Shown piece by piece: positions 19,806-28,333 of a stretch of DNA of 64,000 nt. The notes under the pieces are model-generated. The model was given only the letters and a program-made list of their open reading frames with translations. It did not search any database and was not told the origin of the DNA. Within the stretch, counting starts at the first letter, position 1, and every line of letters starts with the position of its first letter. Location of the stretch: contig CAZQUN010000002.1 in the NCBI GenBank assembly GCA_964596615.1, forward strand, positions 11,332 to 75,331, written 5' to 3'. This DNA is from an uncultured Candidatus Saccharibacteria bacterium (lineage in GTDB: Bacteria; Patescibacteriota; Minisyncoccia; Portnoybacterales; UBA2143). The translations under genes and the position numbers were made by a program.

Positions 19806-20936
19806 ATGAACAACAAAATAAAATATTATACAGCTCAAGAGCTTGCAAAAGAATTAAGGGTGAACATAATGACAATCTATCGTTATGTTAAGGCTGGCAA
19901 GCTTAAGGCCCATAAAATAGGTAAGGAATTTAGAATCTACAAAGAAGAATTTGATAGATTTTTAAACGAGACAAAAATTGATAAAAGAGAAAAAAATCCT
20001 AAGAAAGTTAAAAAATACGGCCTCGATTTAGGTAAACGAGGTATTTATGATATTAGAAATCCATTAAATGATTTGACTGGTCGAGAATGGATCTATTTTT
20101 TAAACTCTATTCGTGTTACCGATTTTTCTACTGATGAGAATGAGTTGGAGCTATGGAAATACTTACAAAATTCTTTGATAGAAACTAGATATTCGACAAA
20201 TGGCAAAGATTCATTCGCTCATGATTTAAGAAAAATACATCCTTCGCCAAAGCCACCACAATTGATGAAAGAATTGATAGAATTTTTTACAAAAAGAAGT
20301 GGTTATATTTTAGATCCATTTATGGGGGTGGGGGGAACTCTACTTGGAGCATCGTTATCTAAGAGAAAAGCTGTTGGGATCGATTTGTGTAAAAATTATA
20401 TTGATGTTTATAAAAAAGCTACAGAAAAATTAAACTTAAAAGAACAAACTACTATAGTAGGCGATGCTAGAAATATCGACAAGTATCAACAAACAAAATC
20501 TAAGCTTTTTGATGCCATTATTACAGACCCACCATATGCTAATTTACTATCGAAGAAACGTACTGGAGGGGACAGAACAAAAAAGATAGGCACATCTACG
20601 CCCTTCACAGATAATCCACTAGATCTGGGGAACTTTGACTATAAAGATTTCCTGCCTGAATTTAGAAAAATAATAGAAAGACTCTTATTAAGCTTAAAAC
20701 CGAAAGGATATTTTATTACATTCATAAAAGATCTTCAGTCAAATGAAACGCACCATAATATGTTACACGCAGACATAGTAAACGAGTTAATAAAAATATC
20801 TGATCTTTCCTACAAAGGATATAAGATTTGGTACGATAAGACAATTAACCTATATCCTTATGGTTATCCTTTCTCTTTTGTGGCTAATCAATTACATCAA
20901 TTTATCCTAGTATTTAGAAAAGAGAGAAAAAAATGA
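19806..20936 (+). CDS. DNA methyltransferase (N6-adenine or N4-cytosine) with an N-terminal excisionase-type HTH
   Basis: N-terminal MNNKIKYYTAQELAKELRVNIMTIYRYVKAGKLKAHKIG (HTH_17/Xis-like). Then motif I DPFMGVGGT and motif IV ITDPPY. Confidence 0.7.
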   Translation: MNNKIKYYTAQELAKELRVNIMTIYRYVKAGKLKAHKIGKEFRIYKEEFDRFLNETKIDKREKNPKKVKKYGLDLGKRGIYDIRNPLNDLTGREWIYFLNSIRVTDFSTDENELELWKYLQNSLIETRYSTNGKDSFAHDLRKIHPSPKPPQLMKELIEFFTKRSGYILDPFMGVGGTLLGASLSKRKAVGIDLCKNYIDVYKKATEKLNLKEQTTIVGDARNIDKYQQTKSKLFDAIITDPPYANLLSKKRTGGDRTKKIGTSTPFTDNPLDLGNFDYKDFLPEFRKIIERLLLSLKPKGYFITFIKDLQSNETHHNMLHADIVNELIKISDLSYKGYKIWYDKTINLYPYGYPFSFVANQLHQFILVFRKERKK

Positions 20937-21973
20937 GATTTATAGGGAATAAACAAAAGCTATTAGAATTTATACTTTCTAAGATCAGAGAGCATAAGAT
21001 TGGTCGTGGGATATTGATTGATATATTTTCAGGAACAACTAATGTCGCGAAATTTTTTAAGAGATTGGACTATCCGGTTATCTCGAATGATCTTTTATGT
21101 TTTTCGTATATATTCCAACGAGCGTATATCCAAAACAATCGACAACCTCTTTTTAGGGGATTAAAGAAGATAGTTAATCAGTCTTCTCTATCTTCTGTTA
21201 TTGAGTGTTTAAATAGCCTAAAAGGTGTTGAGGGTTTTATGTACAACAATTTCACAAAAGGGGGCACTTCGAATAAAGAATATAGTAGGAATTATTTAAG
21301 TGAAGAAAATGCAAGGAAAATTGATGCCATCAGAGATAAAATCGAGCAATGGAAAATAAAAAAAATAGTCACAGAAGAAGAATACTTTATTTTATTAACC
21401 TCTTTGATTGAGGCAGTCCCATATGTATCTAATATTGCTGGAACCTATGGGGCTTTTTTAAAAATAGACGATCCCAGGAAATATAAACCTTTAACTTTAA
21501 AGAATCCTGAAATTATTATAAATAAAAATAAAAATTTTGCTTTCAATGAAGATGGGAATGAACTAATTAAAAAAATAAAAGGCGATGTTCTTTATATAGA
21601 TCCGCCATATAATTCAAGACAATACGCTCCCAATTATCACCTTTTAGAACACATTGCAATATGGGATAAAAAGGTTATGGATAATAAAACAGGATTAAGA
21701 GACTATAATAAACAGAAATCCTTATACTGTGCTAAAAATAAAGTTTACCATGTGACTCTGGATCTAATCGAAAAAGCCATAAACAAAGCCCAGGTAAAAC
21801 ATATCTTATTTAGTTATAATAACGAAGGATTATTAGAGGATTATCAAATTAAGGAAATCTTTGATAAGTTTGGAAAAGTTTATTTTTATAAAAAATCATA
21901 TCCCAGATTTACACATCGAAACAACCACAGAAAAAATACTGAAGAATATCTATTTTATTTATCTGTTCAGTAA
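20933..21973 (+). CDS. Dam-family (D12 class) N6-adenine DNA methyltransferase
   Basis: DIFSGTTNV (motif I), YIDPPYNSRQYAPNYHLLEH (motif IV and downstream Dam box). Start overlaps the upstream MTase stop. Confidence 0.7.
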   Translation: MRFIGNKQKLLEFILSKIREHKIGRGILIDIFSGTTNVAKFFKRLDYPVISNDLLCFSYIFQRAYIQNNRQPLFRGLKKIVNQSSLSSVIECLNSLKGVEGFMYNNFTKGGTSNKEYSRNYLSEENARKIDAIRDKIEQWKIKKIVTEEEYFILLTSLIEAVPYVSNIAGTYGAFLKIDDPRKYKPLTLKNPEIIINKNKNFAFNEDGNELIKKIKGDVLYIDPPYNSRQYAPNYHLLEHIAIWDKKVMDNKTGLRDYNKQKSLYCAKNKVYHVTLDLIEKAINKAQVKHILFSYNNEGLLEDYQIKEIFDKFGKVYFYKKSYPRFTHRNNHRKNTEEYLFYLSVQ

Positions 21974-23335
21974 TTTTTCTATTTTATTTAAAAATTTAGC
22001 TAAAGTCTTAAATATAAATACCTCACCTTTTTCTGTTAAAACAAAAATTACATGTTCATTTGTTATTTGTTTGCCGTATAATACTATCCCTCTTTTAAGC
22101 TTATAGCTGGGATATAAAGGTTTTAAGCATTCGGTCTCAAAAGCTAGAAAAGTCTTTAAATCTTTTAATGCTTTTTTTAGTTTAGCTGTTATCTTGCCTT
22201 CCAAAGAATAAATTTCTTTATTGTAGTCATCTCTTAAAACTAAATCTGGTAAATTAACTATCCCTTTTCTTTTATTCCTCTCAATATATTTATGAACAAC
22301 AATTGGATTCCCCTTCAAATCATATAAATATCCTCTTTCGCAACCAGCGTGATTTTCATATATTGGGATAATATCTGTGGTACGCAAAGAAAGCATATGA
22401 AGCAAGATGGTGGCTAATTTTTCTGATTTATTCTCATATTTCCAATATGATTCAGGGAGATCCATTTTAGGAATTTCCAATTTTTCTAGTTCGATATGCA
22501 AGGCATTCGCAATAAGAATGAATTTATTCGAGTGCGATACATGTCTTTGTTTTAGTCCGTGATGTGTGATTATTATTCTACCCTTCCATCCTAATATTCT
22601 CAGCGTCTTCGAAATTAAAGTTAAAGCACCAATATTTGGATCATGAGATAGACTATCGCTTTTAATTAATCTCCCGCTTATATAGATGGCGTTATTAGTC
22701 TTTTTGATTAATATAGGAACATTACCTCTTGGTGGTTTTCTCATTTTATTTTTCACTTCGATTACTTCTTTAATCGATTTAAATGGGGTGGGTTTAAAAA
22801 GGCTACTGCTTTTTCCAAACATCTCAACGCCTATCGTCAATAATAACTTAGTCCCAAATATATTTGTGTCTGTCGGCTTTCTGCTCTCCTCAACTTGTAA
22901 ATTATATAACATGATTTTTCTTATGGTTGGATAATAAATATCTATAAAAACAAATTTTGATGCTCTTTGAAAAATTCCTGTATTTCTTGACTCAATATCT
23001 CCTGTTTTGGTTTCTTCAACGACTAAAATAGGTTTTTGCGTTGGGCTAGGAGGACCAATCCCTTCATATATTAGAAAATCCACAAAGCTGCTATCGCCGC
23101 TTACGATCTTTAACAGAATATCAGATCTTCCTCTAATTCTTACATTATCTATCCTATACAAATGAGCAAAAATACCCTTATTAAAAATAGGGTTAATTAC
23201 TGCGTTGCCTTTAGCTCGAAGATTTAAATTCTTCTGTTCAGCATAAAGCCCAAGTATTTTTTCTATAATCTCCGGCTTAGGCCGTTCCTCGCATAAAATC
23301 CAAGTTTTTATTTTATTTGTGGTAGACATATTCAA
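21959..23335 (-). CDS. putative Type II restriction endonuclease (PD-(D/E)xK-like core near the C-terminus)
   Basis: Convergent with and overlapping the Dam-like MTase; PDLVLRDD...EIYSLEGK fits PD...ExK; no other recognisable domain. Confidence 0.4.
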   Translation of the reverse strand: MNMSTTNKIKTWILCEERPKPEIIEKILGLYAEQKNLNLRAKGNAVINPIFNKGIFAHLYRIDNVRIRGRSDILLKIVSGDSSFVDFLIYEGIGPPSPTQKPILVVEETKTGDIESRNTGIFQRASKFVFIDIYYPTIRKIMLYNLQVEESRKPTDTNIFGTKLLLTIGVEMFGKSSSLFKPTPFKSIKEVIEVKNKMRKPPRGNVPILIKKTNNAIYISGRLIKSDSLSHDPNIGALTLISKTLRILGWKGRIIITHHGLKQRHVSHSNKFILIANALHIELEKLEIPKMDLPESYWKYENKSEKLATILLHMLSLRTTDIIPIYENHAGCERGYLYDLKGNPIVVHKYIERNKRKGIVNLPDLVLRDDYNKEIYSLEGKITAKLKKALKDLKTFLAFETECLKPLYPSYKLKRGIVLYGKQITNEHVIFVLTEKGEVFIFKTLAKFLNKIEKLLNR

Positions 23336-23413
23336 AATTAAACCTCGCTTTTACTTAACCTTAACAATTTTTTATAACAGCGTCTATATCTTGGCTACTA
23401 TAGACTATCAATA

Positions 23414-23443
23414 ACAAAAGCCCGGCAATGGGCTTTTCTTTCA
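23414..23443. terminator. bidirectional intrinsic terminator
   Basis: AGCCCGGCAATGGGCT hairpin flanked by A-run and T-run. Confidence 0.5.
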
Positions 23444-23501
23444 ACTTTGAAGATATTAGTTACTTAAATAAAAGGGCTTTACTTTTTATTTAATGATAAA
23501 T

Positions 23502-24107
23502 TTATCTATTTTCAGTGGGTCCGAGTTTTTTTATATGATCTCTTGGTCTAACGAACTTACTTCTATTCAAAACAACAATTTCATAATTTCTAGCCATAGG
23601 TTCGCCAAAATGAATTTTTATATATTCTCCTAATCCAAACGGAAAATTTTTATCGTAGTTATTTATGCCGTAGCCGATGGGGAATTTGCTAAAAATTGGG
23701 TGAAAAGCGCTGAACTCGTAGCCAACTGGAAGCCAAGATGATCGCCTCGGGTGATATGGATGAAGATATAAAATATCCCAGTGTTTGCCATTTTCGCAAA
23801 CGGTCTCATAAATATCAATAGGGCCGTTAACTTTGCCGCTTTTTGTAGATCCTAATCGATGGTACATAAGACCAGTACCACACTTGCATCTCAATCTATT
23901 GATATATTTCATCTCGCCAATAGCGCCGTTAACAGGAATAGAATTAGCGGCGATGCGACCAAAGTCCTGTTCACTGTCTATCAAAGAATCACAATCCCTT
24001 CCCTTTATGGCTAATGGATATAAACCGGGGATCTCTTTTTTTAGGTCTTGCTCCTGATCTTCAAGGGACTCATCAATAAATTTTTTCTTAAATAAATTAA
24101 AAAACAT
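23502..24107 (-). CDS. hypothetical protein (201 aa)
   Basis: ORF only; Cys-containing; no recognisable motif. Confidence 0.35.
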   Translation of the reverse strand: MFFNLFKKKFIDESLEDQEQDLKKEIPGLYPLAIKGRDCDSLIDSEQDFGRIAANSIPVNGAIGEMKYINRLRCKCGTGLMYHRLGSTKSGKVNGPIDIYETVCENGKHWDILYLHPYHPRRSSWLPVGYEFSAFHPIFSKFPIGYGINNYDKNFPFGLGEYIKIHFGEPMARNYEIVVLNRSKFVRPRDHIKKLGPTENR

Positions 24108-24110
24108 ATA

Positions 24111-24344
24111 TTAGATCTTCGTCTTTTTTTCTAAACTATTTAATTCTCGATATAGATCCTTTAATTCTATTTCCAGTAAGCCAGAAAGTTCTTTTAAATT
24201 AACGACTTCTCTCCTTATGTCTCTTTTTAAGATGCGGAGAATACCGAAGGGATAAAGTAGTTCTGATATCCTTTTATTATATTCTTCTCTTTGCTTTTCC
24301 AAGAACATAATTTTCCGTTTTACTTTTTTAATTCTATTATTCAT
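24111..24344 (-). CDS. hypothetical coiled-coil protein (77 aa)
   Basis: ORF only. Confidence 0.3.
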   Translation of the reverse strand: MNNRIKKVKRKIMFLEKQREEYNKRISELLYPFGILRILKRDIRREVVNLKELSGLLEIELKDLYRELNSLEKKTKI

Positions 24345-24384
24345 GTTTTAAGCTAACTCGTTGATATTTAGGAGATGGATAGAA

Positions 24385-24528
24385 TTATTTACACCAGTAT
24401 TCACAACCTTGTTCAGTCCTTTGAGCGGCATTGTAGGTTCTGTAATCGGTAATAAAAATCCAGATCGAGAAAACTACCAAAGTCGTGACTCCTAATAGAA
24501 GTAGAATTAATTGTAGCCAGTCCTTCAT
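24385..24528 (-). CDS. small hydrophobic peptide (47 aa) ending GCEYWCK
   Basis: Hand translation MKDWLQLILLLLGVTTLVVFSIWIFITDYRTYNAAQRTEQGCEYWCK; one TM helix; not in the ORF track (shorter than 60 aa). Confidence 0.3.
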   Translation of the reverse strand: MKDWLQLILLLLGVTTLVVFSIWIFITDYRTYNAAQRTEQGCEYWCK

Positions 24529-24828
24529 GGTTTTTTACAATGGGAATACACAAAGCCCCGCGCTAGCTAGGCCTTGCGGCCCTATAGCCCTTTCGGGATA
24601 TAGCCCATCACTGAGTTGCTGAACGCGGGGTCCAGTATCAGTGATGGGTCTTTTACGCCATGCCCTAAAAGGGTTTAGGTCATTTAGTTGTTATTTATAA
24701 CTTACCACAAGTTTTATTGGAATGGAAGCGATAAAAGGGGATATCTAATATTTTAAACAAATATTGAAAGAAGGCTTAGAACGGGATAAAATAAAGGAAA
24801 TTACAATGATAATTATTCTAACATTACG

Positions 24829-25695
24829 ATGATCACAGGAGTAAAATTTGATTCAGGAGTAAAATTTGATTGGGAGAATCTTTCCTCAGAAAATCTTAAA
24901 ATCGCCAGGAAGGTTATTAAGGTTATTTCAGATTTTTTACAATTTCAGCCAATGGGCAGATTCTCACCTTATACTGTAATACCATTACAAAGATTCGAAG
25001 AAAAACGGATATGTATAGACGATATAAACATGGTATTGGATAAAATAGATGATATAAAGGTTAGTAACGACGAATTGCGCTATGAAATAAAATATCATCC
25101 ACAACGAATTCTAAGGTGGTTTTATGGAAATTTTACCGATGATGGTTTATTTAACGTCCCACCAGAAAAGATACTCAAAAATTACATTTTTCTACAAATA
25201 AGTTCGATAAGCGATCTTCGTCGAGTACAGGGCTTGATCGATGAAAGACTTAAAATAGACTCCAGGCAAAAAGAAGAAATACTATCTCCTAATTATCTAA
25301 AATCAATACACCTTATTACTAAGTCTCTTGAGCCGACCGATGTGATATTCCTAGTTCTTGATGAGCGTTTTGAATATCCTATAAGAAGCGTAGTATGGCA
25401 CAAAGGCAATCCTACATATGTCAAAAAACTATATGATATTGCCTATTTTGTGGATGTTCCAAATAAAAAAGTTAATTATGGTAAAAATATAGCTAATAGC
25501 ATTAACAACGGGTTATTTAGAAAAAGGCCAGTGGCAGAATATATGGAAACAAATAAATTCAAAAAGCCAACGCTTGTACAAAAATCAGAAAATAAAACTT
25601 TGGTTTTAAAAAATGAAATTCTTGTAGAAACAGGTCTTATTCATAATAAAGTTCCGAAACAATATCAATATCTTTATATAGATAAAACAAGATAG
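24829..25695 (+). CDS. hypothetical protein (288 aa)
   Basis: ORF; followed by a terminator. Confidence 0.4.
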   Translation: MITGVKFDSGVKFDWENLSSENLKIARKVIKVISDFLQFQPMGRFSPYTVIPLQRFEEKRICIDDINMVLDKIDDIKVSNDELRYEIKYHPQRILRWFYGNFTDDGLFNVPPEKILKNYIFLQISSISDLRRVQGLIDERLKIDSRQKEEILSPNYLKSIHLITKSLEPTDVIFLVLDERFEYPIRSVVWHKGNPTYVKKLYDIAYFVDVPNKKVNYGKNIANSINNGLFRKRPVAEYMETNKFKKPTLVQKSENKTLVLKNEILVETGLIHNKVPKQYQYLYIDKTR

Positions 25696-25734
25696 TGTTC
25701 GTATATCATTAAACTTGGGAGTTGGTCGTATGCT

Positions 25735-25762
25735 AAAAACCGCTTTAATAAGCGGTTTTTTT
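25735..25762 (+). terminator. intrinsic terminator
   Basis: AAAAACCGCTTTAATAAGCGGTTTTTTT. Confidence 0.65.
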
Positions 25763-25830
25763 CATTTGTTCTTCGACTGGTCGGATAGATATAATAATAG
25801 CAAATAAATTACTGATCTAATAAAAATTAT

Positions 25831-26091
25831 ATGACCCAAAAACAAATGGATGATACAAAAAATTATTTTCACAGCCACGACATTGGACTGGTTGCTTATT
25901 TGCTTTGTCGAAATTTTGAATTAGTCAGCCTGGATAAAGTCATGAAAAATAAGGTGCTTTTCATTCTGAAAAGGACCAATAGGATAGACATAGAAATAAA
26001 GAAATATTGGGATTTTAATTCATTAGTTGATGCCCAAACTTATTTTAATCAACTAAAGAGGTTAAAAAATCAAATCTTTAGTTCAGAGTGA
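25831..26091 (+). CDS. hypothetical protein (86 aa)
   Basis: ORF only. Confidence 0.3.
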   Translation: MTQKQMDDTKNYFHSHDIGLVAYLLCRNFELVSLDKVMKNKVLFILKRTNRIDIEIKKYWDFNSLVDAQTYFNQLKRLKNQIFSSE

Positions 26092-26343
26092 CTTATGTCG
26101 AATAACAAAATACAAAACGATTAATAGATTTATGACTAGCCAACAAAAGTTTAAAGTTAAAATCAAATTCAATAAAAATATCTCCAAAAAAGAAAGAAAG
26201 AAAAGGCTGCGAAATGTTTTCGATACATTGTTCTCTAAAGGAGATAGTAAAGAAACTAAACTGAACCTTGGTACTGGTTTGGGGTTCCGGCAGGACATGC
26301 AAACTCCCTGGAAACCAGAGCTAGTACTGGGGCTTACGCAGGG

Positions 26344-27141
26344 ATGCCAAAAAGAAGAATGATCGACGCTAATAGATTATATGGGGATACAGAACTGATT
26401 GAAAATATCGGTAAGGATGGGTTGTTGCTCTATATTCTACTTTGGTCAATGTCAGAGGATTTCGGTGCTTTCGAGAATAACCCAAAGCAAATCCATTATG
26501 AGTCAAAAGGGGTAAGATTGAGTGTGAAGAAAATACAAGAATATTTAGAAACACTAGAAAGATTAGGAAAAATTATTCTTTATAGAGTCGATGACAAAGA
26601 ATACTACTGGCTTAAGAATTTTTTTAAGTATCAGAAATTATCTAATGCTTCGCTTCCCAATCTACCTCTACCTGAATGGATTAAGTATAAAGAGTGTCAA
26701 TATCCAGGCGGTAGAAAGTATGCTCAATATAATGTAGATACCGAGAAACTACCTGTAGCCTACATGAAGCCTGTACGAGGCATAGTCGAAAAAGAGAAGC
26801 GAAAGAGAAGCGAAGATAAAAGAAAGGAAAATAAAAGAAGCGAAGAGGGAAAAAAGTTGTCATTCGACAATAATAACGAGCAGTCGTCTTTAAATAGATC
26901 TAATAATATCGCTGAACCGCTTACTTGTAAATCAAAGGAATTCAAAGTTAGAGAGATAGCCGAAGAATTAGGAGAAGTCGATCCGATCAAATCTACCAAA
27001 GTTTGGTTAGGGAAATATGACTACTCTTTAATTAAAAGAACCTGGGAAATTTATGGAAAGCGAACTGAAACTAAAACAATTAAAAACTGCCCCGCCTATT
27101 TCAATAGTTTACTAGAAAAATTACATAGTGAGCGAAAGTAA
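26344..27141 (+). CDS. hypothetical protein, possible replication/regulatory function (Lys-rich linker)
   Basis: ORF lying between the cargo genes and the terS-like gene; no confident motif. Confidence 0.35.
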   Translation: MPKRRMIDANRLYGDTELIENIGKDGLLLYILLWSMSEDFGAFENNPKQIHYESKGVRLSVKKIQEYLETLERLGKIILYRVDDKEYYWLKNFFKYQKLSNASLPNLPLPEWIKYKECQYPGGRKYAQYNVDTEKLPVAYMKPVRGIVEKEKRKRSEDKRKENKRSEEGKKLSFDNNNEQSSLNRSNNIAEPLTCKSKEFKVREIAEELGEVDPIKSTKVWLGKYDYSLIKRTWEIYGKRTETKTIKNCPAYFNSLLEKLHSERK

Positions 27142-27156
27142 ATCCTATTTATTTTT

Positions 27157-27666
27157 ATGAGTAAAGGCGAAAAAATTAAACTATCACCCCAGCAAGAATT
27201 GTTTTGCCAGCTTTATATTAAAGATTATTTTGGCAATGGAGTTAAATCATACATCATTGCCTATAAGAAGGAATTTCCAATAGATGTTGAGTATCGATAT
27301 TTAAATCCAGACGAAAAAAAACGATATGATTCCTATGCTGTCCGGGCCGCTCAACTATTAAGAAACCTTAAGATGGTTAAGCGCATAGGAGAATTACTCG
27401 ATGAGCATATTGAGGATGCAGTAGTAGATAGAGAAATGATAGCGGTTATTCTCCAGAAGGAAGATTTGACCGCGAAGATGAGGGCGATCAGCGAATATAA
27501 CAAAGTCAAACAACGAATCATTTCTAAATCTGAGATTGAGAAAAAAGTAATAAAGGTCGACAAAACAAGTAAAGAGTTTAAGGAGTATAAACAATGGCGA
27601 TTAGAGAAGAGAAAATTAAAAGAAGAGAGCCAGGAGAGGTTGGCCCGAAAGAAGAAAAAGAAATAG
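27157..27666 (+). CDS. phage terminase small subunit-like protein
   Basis: LSPQQELFCQLYIKDYFGNGVKSYIIAY resembles the conserved N-terminal TerS (Terminase_2) motif L-x-QE-FC-x-Y. No terL, portal or capsid genes are present. Confidence 0.5.
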   Translation: MSKGEKIKLSPQQELFCQLYIKDYFGNGVKSYIIAYKKEFPIDVEYRYLNPDEKKRYDSYAVRAAQLLRNLKMVKRIGELLDEHIEDAVVDREMIAVILQKEDLTAKMRAISEYNKVKQRIISKSEIEKKVIKVDKTSKEFKEYKQWRLEKRKLKEESQERLARKKKKK

Positions 27667-28009
27667 TAAAGGAGTACTTTAATCGGTTTCGTCTATCTAA
27701 GGAGCAGCAAAGGGAAGTCCTTGTGAGAATGATTGCCGAGTTGCGATTGGATATAACGATTTCTTTAGAGGACCAGTTTTGCTTAAAAAGGAACAAGAGA
27801 AATAAAAAAACCGTTTAGGCTATTTAGTTTCTCATATTTGATTCTTGCTTGCTTATTCCGTCTGCCTATTTCTTAAGAAGCTCTCTAATTCCTTTTCAGA
27901 AATACGACATGACTTTAATAGATGGTTATATTTATCATAAAAAAAGAAAGAATAAAATCAATTAAATATACCAATATGATACCAACAAAAACCCATAAAA
28001 TAAACTTTT

Positions 28010-28195
28010 TCATTTTCTTTTATTTAAAAACTTTTCTAATTCCTTTTTCTCGATTCTAAAATTCCGCTCAGTTAATTTAATCGCTTTTAATTTACCCGAA
28101 CGAATATAGCGCCAGACGGTTTCGTTGCACACATCTAGTAATCCAGCGATCTCTTTCGGGGTATAGTATCCTTTTTTGAGTTTTGTTTTGGCCAT
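28010..28195 (-). CDS. excisionase/Xis-family HTH DNA-binding protein
   Basis: YYTPKEIAGLLDVCNETVWRYIRSGKLKAIKL is the HTH_17 pattern; divergent from the recombinase gene. Confidence 0.7.
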   Translation of the reverse strand: MAKTKLKKGYYTPKEIAGLLDVCNETVWRYIRSGKLKAIKLTERNFRIEKKELEKFLNKRK

Positions 28196-28333
28196 GTTTT
28201 CATTATAGGAGTCGAGTAAGAGAAAGTCAACTTTTGTCTACTCTATCCATAGTCAACAACACTTGACAGGGGATAACTGGTAAGTTAAAATTAAGACAAG
28301 TATAGTCAACAAGAGTCAACACAATAATCTTTT
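28196..28333. promoter_or_regulatory. xis-int divergent intergenic region with five AGTCAAC-type repeats
   Basis: AAGTCAAC, TAGTCAACAA (twice), AGTCAACAC and an inverted TTGACAG. Confidence 0.4.

Noticed and set aside
24541-24700. Identification of the GC-rich structured segment as tmRNA, RNase P RNA or SRP RNA
   Set aside because: None of the universally conserved motifs of those RNAs (RNase P P4 GGAAAGUCCGG, SRP domain IV GGAAGCAGCC, tmRNA tag ORF) are present. It stays an unclassified candidate.
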